From Clostridia bacterium (GTDB taxonomy: Bacteria > Bacillota > Clostridia > Oscillospirales > Acutalibacteraceae), in NCBI GenBank assembly GCA_017959985.1, contig JAGCZP010000047.1, positions 1 through 39,909 of the forward strand: a stretch of 39,909 nt of DNA. The letters are read 5' to 3'. Numbering within the stretch: the stretch's first letter is position 1; every line of letters starts with the position of its first letter. Under the pieces are notes generated by a model, which saw nothing but the letters and a program-made list of their open reading frames with translations, made no database searches and was not told the DNA's origin. This document shows positions 16,797 through 26,169 of this stretch, piece after piece. A program made the translations under genes and the position numbers.

Positions 16797-17402
16797 TTAT
16801 TCTCCAATATCCGTAGCATTTCCTAACTGGCCATTAAACTTGACAGACTTCACGACTAAAGCGTTCATATCTTCCTCGCTAAACTCATCCGAATTCTTCA
16901 CATCGCCTGTCATGACAACATCGTATTGGAAATTACCATAATCCATCCAAAAAACCATCTCATCTAAATTCCAACCAGCGTTTTCCCAACCTGCATCAAA
17001 CAAATCCTTTCCAGACTTGCCGACCCACTGATCTAACTGGGATTGTGCAGGAATCAATTGGCTCAAATTTTCTATATGGTCAATCACTAGCGGAGAGATT
17101 GCTTCTGTTAGTTTTGCATCGTAATCATCCGAAAAAATGTCTAAATTGGATAGTTTTGCAAAGGCATCTTTCGAAAGGACGGCTATCGCACGGTAATACG
17201 TTTCGTCTTGTTTGTACACATATACCTAATATTGCTCCGTATAACTAGACTGTTGTTACTCCACATTTTTCGCTTGAATAATGTCTCCTAGCGTCTTAAA
17301 TTCCGTAGAGGGTGCTTCCTCCTCTTTTACTGAGAAACTGCACGCAGTAAAAATGGTTGCGATAAACAAAATCATAATCCACACAGCCAGTATTCTTTTC
17401 AT
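16797..17402 (-). pseudogene. Lipoprotein gene interrupted by two in-frame stops (TAA 17256-17258, TAG 17226-17228)
   Basis: ATG 17402 with RBS GGAGGAG. MKRILAVWIMILFIATIFTAC has a lipobox-like FTAC. The same frame continues through ...AKNVE*QQSSYTEQY*VYVYKQDE... into the 140-aa track ORF (16797-17219), which otherwise needs a GTG start with no good RBS. Confidence 0.5.
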
Positions 17403-17439
17403 AGTTCTCCTCCTTATCAAATGAGTTAAACCGTTTTAT

Positions 17440-18138
17440 TTATGCATTTTTTGCCATTTGAATTAATAGTCCTGCAACCTTTTTCGCAGCTTTTTCCGCA
17501 AACGCATCAAAAGATTCCGGTGCAGACCCATCTGCCAAATCAGAAATGGATCGAACCACCAAGAAAGGAACAGCAATGGCCGTGGCAACTTGTGCCATCG
17601 CGCCCCCTTCCATCTCTGCGGCTATTGCCCCAAACTGGTCATGAACGATATCTTTCAGTTCGACGGCGCTTACAAAAATATCCCCCGTGGCAATAAGACC
17701 TTCCACACAAGAAACCTTTTTTTCATCGGCAGCTTTCAAAAACCACTCTTTTAATTCGGCACAGGGATAAAAAACTGTTGGTTGTTGATTGTCCGGTCCC
17801 TCTATAAACCCTGGAGCATCTCCGATAGCGGATGTATCAAAATCGTGCTGCATAGCACCGCTAGCCACCACAATATCTCCTACTTTCAAAGAACGATCCA
17901 GTCCCCCGGCTACACCCGTGTTAATCACGTGGGAAACAGCGAATTCGTCCACAAGGATTTGTGTCACCATGGCCGCGTTGACTTTTCCTACTCCACATTG
18001 GGTAATGACCACCTGAACGTTTCCTAGTTTTCCTTCTACAAAGGATTTTCCGGCAATTTGCGATTCTTGAACATTTTTCATTTGCTTTTTCATAAGAGCC
18101 ACTTCTTTATCCAGTGCTCCTATAATTCCCCATTTCAT
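17440..18138 (-). CDS. mtnN: 5'-methylthioadenosine/S-adenosylhomocysteine nucleosidase
   Basis: 232 aa. GIIGA..EV, GVGKVNAA, INTGVAGGL, ATGD.FV and AEMEGGA motifs of the Pfs/MtnN family. RBS AAGGAGG. Confidence 0.85.
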   Translation of the reverse strand: MKWGIIGALDKEVALMKKQMKNVQESQIAGKSFVEGKLGNVQVVITQCGVGKVNAAMVTQILVDEFAVSHVINTGVAGGLDRSLKVGDIVVASGAMQHDFDTSAIGDAPGFIEGPDNQQPTVFYPCAELKEWFLKAADEKKVSCVEGLIATGDIFVSAVELKDIVHDQFGAIAAEMEGGAMAQVATAIAVPFLVVRSISDLADGSAPESFDAFAEKAAKKVAGLLIQMAKNA

Positions 18139-18162
18139 ACAAATCGCCTCCTTATTTTTTAA

Positions 18163-18191
18163 AGTATACCATTTGCCCCTCTCTTTTTCAA
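18163..18191 (-). promoter_or_regulatory. Promoter for mtnN: TTGAAA - 17 nt - TATACT
   Basis: -35 at 18186-18191 and -10 at 18163-18168, ~25 nt upstream of the mtnN ATG. Confidence 0.5.
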
Positions 18192-18200
18192 CCGTACTTG

Positions 18201-18229
18201 TTGCACTTTTCCCTATAGTTTGCTATACT
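18201..18229 (+). promoter_or_regulatory. Divergent promoter for the DUF896-like gene: TTGCAC - 17 nt - TATACT
   Basis: -35 at 18201-18206 and -10 at 18224-18229, 22 nt upstream of ATG 18251. Confidence 0.5.
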
Positions 18230-18250
18230 TTCACAAGTGAGGTGAACACC

Positions 18251-18463
18251 ATGACAGAAGATAGAATCGCCCGTATTAACGAGCTATACCACTTATCCCA
18301 AAAAAGGGCTTTAACCGAGGAAGAAAAGAAAGAACAAGCAACGCTTCGAAAAGAATATATAGACGCCTATAAACAATCCCTTATCAACCAATTAGACCAT
18401 ACCTTTATCGTAGACGAAAAAGGAAATAAACATCCGTTAAGAAAGAAAGACGCTAGCAACTAA
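18251..18463 (+). CDS. Small DUF896/UPF0291-like protein (70 aa)
   Basis: MTEDRIARINELYHLSQKRALTEEEKKEQATLRKEYIDAYK resembles the YnzC/DUF896 family. RBS GAGGTG precedes ATG 18251. The upstream part of the track ORF (from 18173) is promoter sequence. Confidence 0.65.
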   Translation: MTEDRIARINELYHLSQKRALTEEEKKEQATLRKEYIDAYKQSLINQLDHTFIVDEKGNKHPLRKKDASN

Positions 18464-18483
18464 GCTAGCGTCTTGTTTATTTT
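18449..18483. terminator. Bidirectional intrinsic terminator between convergent genes
   Basis: Stem GACGCTAGC (18449-18457) / GCTAGCGTC (18464-18472), 6-nt loop. T-rich runs follow on both strands. Confidence 0.7.
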
Positions 18484-20765
18484 CCGTTAATCAGGATGGT
18501 GTCTTCCTCACCTAAAGTTAATTTCACTTTCTTTGGAGGATTATCATAGGCATCCACTAACATGGCAGCAATCTTATCTTCCACCTGACGACGAATGGCC
18601 GCACGCAAATCCCGTGCACCACGTTTTCCCCCATGAGTCGTTCTAGCTAACATTTCGCTTACTTCTTTTGTCCAGGTAAGCTCCATATCCCGCTCTTTTA
18701 GTGGTTCCACCATTTCTTCTAACATAAGATTGGCAATCTCCACGTAGTTTTCTTCGCTGAGCGGACGGAAATACACAATTTCATCCACACGGCTAATAAA
18801 CTCGGGTCGCAAAAAATCCGAAAGAGCTTTAATGGCTTTATCCTTTGCCCCTTGTTCTTCATTCTTTCCAAAGCCTAAAAGGTTTTCTTTATTCTGGCTA
18901 CCCGCATTGGATGTCATCACAATAACGGTATTTTCAAAGTTAACCACACAGCCATGAGCATCGGTCACACGGCCCTCATCAAGAATTTGTAATAAGATAT
19001 TCAAAACATCTGGATGGGCTTTTTCAATCTCATCGAAAAGAATAACCGAATAAGGTTTGCGACGGACTTTTTCGGTTAACTGGCCGGCTTCATCGTATCC
19101 CACATAACCAGGAGGCGAACCAATAATCCGAGACACCGCGTGTTTCTCCATAAACTCCGACATATCCAAACGGATAAGGGTTTCCGGCGTATCAAACAGC
19201 TGGGTCGATAACACTTTAACAAGCTCCGTTTTCCCAACACCGGTTGGCCCAACGAAAATGAAAGAAGCTGGCCGACGACGAGGACTAATGTGCACACGGG
19301 TACGACGAATAGCCGCCGCTACCGTTGCAATAGCCTCATCTTGTCCTTTAATCTTTGTACGAAGCTCCTCTTCTAAACGAGCAAGTTTTGGCAACATATC
19401 TTCTTGAATTTTCGCGGCAGGAATTCCTGTCCACAGTTCAATAACACGAGCCAAATCCTCTTCCGTTACCGGAGCCTCTGTCGCCGCTTCCCGGATTTTC
19501 TCCGCCTCATCTTGTGCTTTTAGAAGTTCTGTGTGAATCGAAGCAACCTTTTCATAATCCACTTCTTCTGCATCGTTTTCCGTTTGTTCTTCGATTTGCA
19601 TCTCAGCAATTGCTTTTTGAAGCTCGGCATATTTGTCCGCCATCTTATTGCGAAGGGCGGTTGCCGCACAGGCTTCATCTAGCATATCAATGGCTTTATC
19701 CGGTAAGAAGCGATCCGAAATATACCGTTCAGACAACACTACCGCTTGACGCACCAGTTCATCGGTAAGTTTTACCCCATGGTATTTTTCATAAAAACCA
19801 CGAATACCTTGCAGAATATGAATGGTGTCTTCAATCGAAGGCTCTTCCACCGTTACCGGTTGGAAACGACGCTCCAAAGCAGCATCTTTTTCAATGTATT
19901 TGCGGTATTCATTAAATGTGGTGGCACCAATCACTTGGATTTCTCCGCGGGACAAAGCCGGCTTTAAGATATTCGCTGCCGACATGCTTCCCTCTGCATC
20001 ACCAGTACCTGCTAAATTGTGCACTTCGTCCACAAAGAGAATTATATTGCCCTCTTGTTTGACTTCATCAATAAGCCCTTTAATTCGGCTTTCAAATTGA
20101 CCACGAAATTGCGTTCCCGCCACCAAAGCGGTTAAATCCAATAAGAAGATTTCTTTTTCTTTTAAACGCACAGGGACATCCCCGCTGGCAATACGAAGAG
20201 CCAATCCTTCCGCGATAGCGGTTTTACCAACACCAGGTTCTCCAATGAGGCAAGGATTGTTTTTCGTACGACGAGAAAGAATCTGGATTACACGATAGAT
20301 CTCTCGATCTCGTCCAATAATGGTATCAATTTCCCCATTACGCGCTCTTGCGGTTAAATCGGTACAATACTGATTTAAGCAACGGCGCTTCTTTTCTTTT
20401 TTAACCTTCTTGTCCGTCTTCTTTTCTTTTTCGGACTCTTCGGTATTTGAGCTAGCTCCACCAAATAGGCCTTGGAAGGGGAAGGTGGCGGCTCCGCCAG
20501 GATGGAATCCTTTTCCCTCTTCTGCCTCATCCTCGTCATCGGAGGAATCGTTGCCGCTGAGGATACCCATCATATCCTCCATTTGTTCGCCCATTTGTTC
20601 CATTTCTTCTTCCGAAATGCCGAACTTCTTCATCAAATCGTTAACCGGTTTAATGTTCATCTCTTTGGCGCACACCAAACAAAGTCCATCGTTCACAGGC
20701 TTATCGTTTTCCATGCGAGTAATGAACACCACCGCGGTTCGTTTTTTACATCTTGAACAAAGCAT
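18477..20765 (-). CDS. Clp/Hsp100 double-AAA+ ATPase (ClpC/ClpA-like) with an N-terminal C4 zinc ribbon instead of Clp_N repeats
   Basis: 762 aa. Walker A GEPGVGKTAIAEG and GPTGVGKTELVK, a short coiled-coil middle region, and an LLGFG loop (ClpP-docking-like). The N-terminus is CSRC...CLVC followed by an acidic then a basic low-complexity linker. Confidence 0.85.
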   Translation of the reverse strand: MLCSRCKKRTAVVFITRMENDKPVNDGLCLVCAKEMNIKPVNDLMKKFGISEEEMEQMGEQMEDMMGILSGNDSSDDEDEAEEGKGFHPGGAATFPFQGLFGGASSNTEESEKEKKTDKKVKKEKKRRCLNQYCTDLTARARNGEIDTIIGRDREIYRVIQILSRRTKNNPCLIGEPGVGKTAIAEGLALRIASGDVPVRLKEKEIFLLDLTALVAGTQFRGQFESRIKGLIDEVKQEGNIILFVDEVHNLAGTGDAEGSMSAANILKPALSRGEIQVIGATTFNEYRKYIEKDAALERRFQPVTVEEPSIEDTIHILQGIRGFYEKYHGVKLTDELVRQAVVLSERYISDRFLPDKAIDMLDEACAATALRNKMADKYAELQKAIAEMQIEEQTENDAEEVDYEKVASIHTELLKAQDEAEKIREAATEAPVTEEDLARVIELWTGIPAAKIQEDMLPKLARLEEELRTKIKGQDEAIATVAAAIRRTRVHISPRRRPASFIFVGPTGVGKTELVKVLSTQLFDTPETLIRLDMSEFMEKHAVSRIIGSPPGYVGYDEAGQLTEKVRRKPYSVILFDEIEKAHPDVLNILLQILDEGRVTDAHGCVVNFENTVIVMTSNAGSQNKENLLGFGKNEEQGAKDKAIKALSDFLRPEFISRVDEIVYFRPLSEENYVEIANLMLEEMVEPLKERDMELTWTKEVSEMLARTTHGGKRGARDLRAAIRRQVEDKIAAMLVDAYDNPPKKVKLTLGEEDTILINGK

Positions 20766-20784
20766 ATAGAAATCCTTTCAGTTG

Positions 20785-21366
20785 TTAGTTTCGTTCGTTC
20801 TCTTCTTTTAATTCTGCGTTCTTTGCCTTGGACAATTGCATAAAGATAGCAAAATACCGTACAAAAGCAAACAACATAGCAGCACCCATCACACACACAG
20901 CGCAAATGTATAGCCACTGAGGCATGTTGGGGAAAGCAACAATTGCTCCCGTTGCCACGTAGAAAATAACCGTGGAAAGTTTTCCAAACCATTTGGATTG
21001 CCGCATTTTCTCCCCATGTTCAATGAGTAAAAAGCCACCAATGGTTTGGCACACTTCTTTAACTAAGCACAAGGCCATAATCGGTAAAAGATTTAAGTGA
21101 CGTATGGTTAAACAAACCAGTACCGTCAATTGTGTTAGTTTATCTGCAGCTGGATCTAATATTTTTCCAATTTCGGTAATTTGGTTACACTTACGCGCAA
21201 TAATTCCATCCAACACATCGGTTACACCGGAAGTAACCAATGCCGCTGCCGCCCAGAAAAGCAATTCCGGATATGTATCGCTCATTAAGTAGGTAATGGC
21301 GATAACAGGAACCAGCGCTAATCGAATAATGGATAATACATTGGGAATATTCCAAACCCACTTCAT
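20785..21366 (-). CDS. pgsA: CDP-diacylglycerol--glycerol-3-phosphate 3-phosphatidyltransferase (CDP-alcohol phosphatidyltransferase family)
   Basis: DGIIARKCNQITEIGKILDPAADKL matches D-G-x2-A-R-x8-G-x3-D-x3-D. Multi-TM, 193 aa. Confidence 0.75.
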   Translation of the reverse strand: MKWVWNIPNVLSIIRLALVPVIAITYLMSDTYPELLFWAAAALVTSGVTDVLDGIIARKCNQITEIGKILDPAADKLTQLTVLVCLTIRHLNLLPIMALCLVKEVCQTIGGFLLIEHGEKMRQSKWFGKLSTVIFYVATGAIVAFPNMPQWLYICAVCVMGAAMLFAFVRYFAIFMQLSKAKNAELKEENERN

Positions 21367-21378
21367 AATTGTTTCTCC

Positions 21379-22122
21379 TTACGCTTGGGTATTTGTCGAA
21401 TCTTTCAGTTCATCTAGTAAATTGGCAGGATTGGCGGATTTCGAATCTCCTAACAATCTGACAATTTTGGTTTCTTTTAAGGAATCATAGGTTATAAACC
21501 CATTTTTCGGCATTTGTTTAGCAAAGGAAAAGAGCATCATAGAAATCACCCACGCTAAGAGCAACCCTTCAATTGCTCCAATCACTAAGCCTAAAATACC
21601 GTTTAACTCTTTTAGGACCGGTAGTTTCATTGTCTTGTTGAGTAAATTTACTAGGCAAGTCAAAAGTACCAGTAAAACCACAAAGAGCACAATCATATAA
21701 ATCGATGAAATTAAAGATACCGTTAATGGTCTAACCACTTTATCCGCAACTCCATCGACAACATCTGTCTCTTGTGCAGAATCAGAAAGGCCTATTTTCT
21801 CCATAGCATCCCAACCATCTTTTACGCCAGCATTCACCATCGCGTTTTGAATGATTTTGGGAAGGCCTTCAATTGTTTTATTGAGTTTTTCTGACATGGT
21901 TCCTTTGGCTTCATCCATTTTGGTGGAAATGGAATCTTTTATCGAGGCTTCGATAAATGTGTCGTAGGTCCATTCAGACAATGGTTTGGATGCCCAAATC
22001 GCAATTAACAAAGCGGCAACTACCACCACAATTCGCATAATGGACAAGAAAAACCCTCGTTTATATCCGATAAATGTGAATCCAAGGAAAACTGCGGCAA
22101 CAAGAATATCAAAAATAATCAT
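21379..22122 (-). CDS. CvpA-family membrane protein
   Basis: The N-terminus MIIFDILVAAVFLGFTFIGYKRGFF is typical of CvpA-like proteins. Several TM helices. RBS AAGGAG. Confidence 0.6.
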   Translation of the reverse strand: MIIFDILVAAVFLGFTFIGYKRGFFLSIMRIVVVVAALLIAIWASKPLSEWTYDTFIEASIKDSISTKMDEAKGTMSEKLNKTIEGLPKIIQNAMVNAGVKDGWDAMEKIGLSDSAQETDVVDGVADKVVRPLTVSLISSIYMIVLFVVLLVLLTCLVNLLNKTMKLPVLKELNGILGLVIGAIEGLLLAWVISMMLFSFAKQMPKNGFITYDSLKETKIVRLLGDSKSANPANLLDELKDSTNTQA

Positions 22123-22132
22123 ATTGGTCTCC

Positions 22133-22879
22133 TTATGGCATAATACTTGCTAACATATACAAGGGATTAATCACTCTCAAATAAGGATAGATAAGTCCCT
22201 TTGTAATCATATCTTTGGAAAGTAGCACTGAAACGCCGCACAAAGCTCTTACAAACCATTCAACAGCAATTGTCAATGCAAACACAATAATAATACCAAG
22301 GATAGCTCCGCAAATGGGTGCCCCAATGTTCTTAATGGTTTTCGTACGTCTTGTGCTAATTAAGTTTCCTTCAATACGGCGAATAACAAGGAGTTTTAAT
22401 AGTAGCATACATACGATAAGTGCTAAACAGTACACCACCGCTTTGGAAACCAGTAGAGCTGGCGGATCAGCCATCTTTTGCACGACACAATAGGCATCGT
22501 GACTGGATTTATATTCTTTTTCAATTGTTTCTACGGAACAATTGTATTTATCCACAAGCTCCTCAAAAAAGGTTTGGTGCTCTTTAATGAGTTTCTCTAA
22601 GTTGCTAGTATCTATGTTTTTTGCCGTTTCTTCCGCTGTATCCAAATGTTGTCCCCCAACGACATCCGCTAATTCAAACGCCGCCTGTTTTTCCATAAAA
22701 GGGGTCACAAGGTTATTGGCAATCACAGGCGCTAGGAAGGTTTGCACAACCAACGCCAATAGCACCGATACGATAACGGCAAACACACGCGTCAGCGGAG
22801 ACCAAAACGATCCCTTTGCAAAGCGAATAATGCACGCGACTACCACAGCAACACAAACGATATCTAAAACAAAATACAT
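22133..22879 (-). CDS. CvpA-like membrane protein (second copy, divergent)
   Basis: MYFVLDIVCVAVVVACIIRFAKG N-terminus, a multi-TM protein with a central soluble insert. RBS AAGGAG. Confidence 0.5.
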   Translation of the reverse strand: MYFVLDIVCVAVVVACIIRFAKGSFWSPLTRVFAVIVSVLLALVVQTFLAPVIANNLVTPFMEKQAAFELADVVGGQHLDTAEETAKNIDTSNLEKLIKEHQTFFEELVDKYNCSVETIEKEYKSSHDAYCVVQKMADPPALLVSKAVVYCLALIVCMLLLKLLVIRRIEGNLISTRRTKTIKNIGAPICGAILGIIIVFALTIAVEWFVRALCGVSVLLSKDMITKGLIYPYLRVINPLYMLASIMP

Positions 22880-22890
22880 AACGGGTCTCC

Positions 22891-24138
22891 TTATTTTAAA
22901 ATGTCCCGAAGGTTATACCACATACGCATATAATGGATGGCAAAGCCATACTCCCCAACAGGAGGTTTCTCCTGAAGCATTCCGAGAGCTTTTAGCAATT
23001 CCGTGTACATGATTTCTTTAGAGTCCGCATAGAAATCTACATGGTCTCCTTCTCCATCATTACCGGTCTCTACTCCATACACAATTTTAATACCGGTCAA
23101 ATCCACAGCACGACGTCCATATTCCGCAACGCTAAGTATTTCTTTTGCCGTATCCCGGTAAGCCATCATGCACATCACATCACAGCAATTGGCAATGGCA
23201 TCAAAAAATCGAACCGTATAGGTGCCATCTCCGTTATCCGTTGGACGACCTTTTTGTTCATATAAAGGGGTAAAGCCTAAGTCATAGATAACCTTTTGTG
23301 ATAGGAAATCCCATCCACAGCCGATATCCAGTTCTACCCACACACCATGATCTCTCGCTTGTTTAACTTGTCCTAAGAAATTGGTCGCGTAGCCTTGGAA
23401 CCATTGTTGCCAGCTTTCCGAAGAAGCACGGTCAGCAGCCTGTGGTTCAATATCGCAGTGGAGTCCATACAAAGCATCCGCCGGGTAGATTTCTTTGTAT
23501 TGAAGGTATAAATTATACGCATTGATAAACGATTTGCTTCCGGCTCTGACGACTCCCTGTTCATCAAATAGCACGCATACTCGCATGTTGCGTTGCATAG
23601 CTGCTTGTACGAAATTGTGAATGGTTGTCCGTCCGCTATCGGAATCTAACAACTGTGCACAATAATAATAGATTTCCGTTACTTGGTTTTCCTCTAAGAA
23701 ATCCATATACTTATCGCGCGTTCTCTCGCTCTCTTGGTGCCACCACCACACGCCCAAAGAAGCCTTGCTATCAGAGATAAAGTTAATGCGTGGGTTTTCA
23801 TGATTAATTGTTGGCTGTGTTGTTCCCGAAAGGTCCGATTCAAACGTTCCGAGAGAGGGAATCATATGGGCCATAAACTTACGAATGAGCAAAACGTCTT
23901 GCAAGTTTAGGTCCCCGTCTTTATTTACATCCGCTGCCTGTTCATGAAAGGTATGAACCCAATCCGGATTTAACAAATAATTGCGAAATCCTAACACATC
24001 GCGCATATCGATACTCTCATCGTAATTGATGTCTCCATACTGATACGTTTGAGCCTTGGCAATATTTGCAAGGCCAATGGATCCAATCCACACAATAAGC
24101 ATACTGATTGCAAGTAAAAAAGATAATTGCTTTTTCAT
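22891..24138 (-). CDS. Secreted protein with an N-terminal type-I-like dockerin and a ~310-aa C-terminal domain of unknown function (possibly TIM-barrel glycoside-hydrolase-like)
   Basis: Signal peptide MKKQLSFLLAISMLIVWIGSIGLANIAKA. Two EF-hand-like dockerin segments, DINYDESIDMRDVLGFRNYLL and DVNKDGDLNLQDVLLIRKFMA (nt 23869-24036). Confidence 0.75.
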   Translation of the reverse strand: MKKQLSFLLAISMLIVWIGSIGLANIAKAQTYQYGDINYDESIDMRDVLGFRNYLLNPDWVHTFHEQAADVNKDGDLNLQDVLLIRKFMAHMIPSLGTFESDLSGTTQPTINHENPRINFISDSKASLGVWWWHQESERTRDKYMDFLEENQVTEIYYYCAQLLDSDSGRTTIHNFVQAAMQRNMRVCVLFDEQGVVRAGSKSFINAYNLYLQYKEIYPADALYGLHCDIEPQAADRASSESWQQWFQGYATNFLGQVKQARDHGVWVELDIGCGWDFLSQKVIYDLGFTPLYEQKGRPTDNGDGTYTVRFFDAIANCCDVMCMMAYRDTAKEILSVAEYGRRAVDLTGIKIVYGVETGNDGEGDHVDFYADSKEIMYTELLKALGMLQEKPPVGEYGFAIHYMRMWYNLRDILK

Positions 24139-24151
24139 ACAATCCCTCCTT

Positions 24152-25411
24152 TTAGAAAGAGTAGCAATTCATTGCGGTAAGGCCTAAAACAACGGCATCA
24201 CCGGCAAAAGTACCACAAACCTTCAGTCCACCTATCTCGGTCGCAATCGCTTTTGTCTTGCCGGAGGAATTGCACATAATCACATTGCTATCCGTCAACA
24301 GGAAGAAACGACCATACGAACCAGATGAGAAACTTTGATAGGTTTCATCAAAATCGATACTGAAGTCTTCTTTTCCGCTCTTACTAATTCCCAAAAGTTC
24401 ACAACCGGTTGTCGTACCATAGTTTTGTAACACGAGACCGATTTGACTTCCAGAAAACGCACATCCAATTAATTTCTTATCTGTATAGGAAATCTTGGTG
24501 AAATCATTTTTCCCGACACGAACCACCCAGCTTTCGGTATCGCCCACGGCGCCTACCACACTATTGGATAAGAATTCTACTTGACACAAAAGAACACCGG
24601 TTCCTCCGTATTTGGTAGGTTCATTATTGGAAGAGGTATTAAATACCAGCAATTTCGATTCGGTTGCTCCTTGGTTAGACTGCACCCCAACGACCGCCAT
24701 TTGTCGGCCGTCATTGCGTATAGCTACGTCCATGACTAAAATGTCTGAACTGTACCAATGGAGCTTTTCTTTTCCGGATTTGCTATAGCAAATTACTTCG
24801 GAAGCATAACTCTTGCTAGACCCGGTAGCGACCACAAAAGATCCATTTCCCGCAATATCCGCCGCCATAATGTTTGACTCGGTATTCACTTCTTTCATGG
24901 CACTGCCAAGTGTTTGGGTTTGAATCCGTGTTCCACCCATTTCCGCCAGCAAAATATGATTGCCCGCCGTGGATAGAATCGGAGAAGCAAAGTTATGGTT
25001 TTCAGTTTGAACCACACCCGCCGATTTGTTGTAGACTGTCAAGGTATTTCCGGTTAAAAGGGCCAATTGGTTACTCACAGAATCCATTTTTACAACACTA
25101 CTGCCCTCTGCTTTAGCGGGAAATCCGTCCCCGCTCTCTCCGCCGGTGACCACAATTTTCCCCCAGTTGAAAACACTGACAGGATTGAGAACATCCCAGC
25201 GAAGATACACAATAAGGCCAAGTAAAAGAATAATGGCTAAAATGATTAGGCGTTTTTTCGATTTCGGTTTTTTGGAACGTTCCATTCGACGCTCCGCCAC
25301 CGAACGAGCAACTTCGGCTACCTCATCATTTTCATACTCTCTATTTGCGGAAGAATCCGTTTTTGTTTTTACGTGCGCTTTACGAATACGGACATCGTTT
25401 CGTCTCGCCAT
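24152..25411 (-). CDS. Membrane-anchored protein of unknown function (basic N-terminal tail, one TM helix, beta-rich ectodomain; possibly DUF5711-like)
   Basis: 419 aa, RBS AAGGAGG, TM helix LIILAIILLLGLIVYL. The repetitive G/S/V-rich strand-like C-terminal region suggests a propeller-type fold. The family assignment is from memory only. Confidence 0.5.
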   Translation of the reverse strand: MARRNDVRIRKAHVKTKTDSSANREYENDEVAEVARSVAERRMERSKKPKSKKRLIILAIILLLGLIVYLRWDVLNPVSVFNWGKIVVTGGESGDGFPAKAEGSSVVKMDSVSNQLALLTGNTLTVYNKSAGVVQTENHNFASPILSTAGNHILLAEMGGTRIQTQTLGSAMKEVNTESNIMAADIAGNGSFVVATGSSKSYASEVICYSKSGKEKLHWYSSDILVMDVAIRNDGRQMAVVGVQSNQGATESKLLVFNTSSNNEPTKYGGTGVLLCQVEFLSNSVVGAVGDTESWVVRVGKNDFTKISYTDKKLIGCAFSGSQIGLVLQNYGTTTGCELLGISKSGKEDFSIDFDETYQSFSSGSYGRFFLLTDSNVIMCNSSGKTKAIATEIGGLKVCGTFAGDAVVLGLTAMNCYSF

Positions 25412-25423
25412 TCTCCCGCCTCC

Positions 25424-26158
25424 TTAATAGTAAACTTTCTCAAGATATAATCCCATAGGTGGCGCTGTCGCCCCCAAATCTTGGCGCTTGGTGGTATCCA
25501 AGGCCTGTTTTATCGCGTCACTCGGTAGTCGACCCGCTTCAATATCCAACAAGGTACCCACCAAAATACGCACCATATTGTATAAAAAGCCATTGGCTGT
25601 CACCGTAACCGTTACCAAATCGCCTTCCCGTTTCACAGAACATTCCGATACAGTTCTTACCGTATCTTCCACATCACTGCCCGCCGAACAAAAAGCTTTG
25701 TAATCATGCGTTCCACAAAAACCTTTCGCCGCTTTATCCATTACGCCTTCATCTAACGTTTTCGAAATAAACAACGCACGGTCCTCATAAAATGGATTTC
25801 GGTGTTTTCCGTTCCAAATACAGTAGGTATAGGTTTTCCCTACTGCTTGATACCGTGGATGAAAATCTGGCGCCACTTCCCGAACTTTGTAAACGGCAAT
25901 ATCTTTTGGCAAATGCGCATTGAGAGCTTTTGCCATTTTTTCTCCTTGCAAAGGATACTCCGTATCAAGGGTGCAACAAAACATTTTGGCATGCACCCCT
26001 GCATCGGTACGACTGCAGCCAATCACCCCCGAACGGACACCGGTTACCTTTTCGATAGCATCCTGAAGGCGTTCTTGCACCGTGACTCCGTTTGGTTGAA
26101 CCTGCCAACCATGATATGCCGTTCCCACATATTGAATTGTCAGTAATAGACGTGTCAT
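25424..26158 (-). CDS. truA: tRNA pseudouridine(38-40) synthase
   Basis: LTIQYVGTAYHGWQVQP and GCSRTDAGVHA (catalytic Asp motif). 244 aa. Confidence 0.9.
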   Translation of the reverse strand: MTRLLLTIQYVGTAYHGWQVQPNGVTVQERLQDAIEKVTGVRSGVIGCSRTDAGVHAKMFCCTLDTEYPLQGEKMAKALNAHLPKDIAVYKVREVAPDFHPRYQAVGKTYTYCIWNGKHRNPFYEDRALFISKTLDEGVMDKAAKGFCGTHDYKAFCSAGSDVEDTVRTVSECSVKREGDLVTVTVTANGFLYNMVRILVGTLLDIEAGRLPSDAIKQALDTTKRQDLGATAPPMGLYLEKVYY

Positions 26159-26169
26159 GGTTTTCCCCT

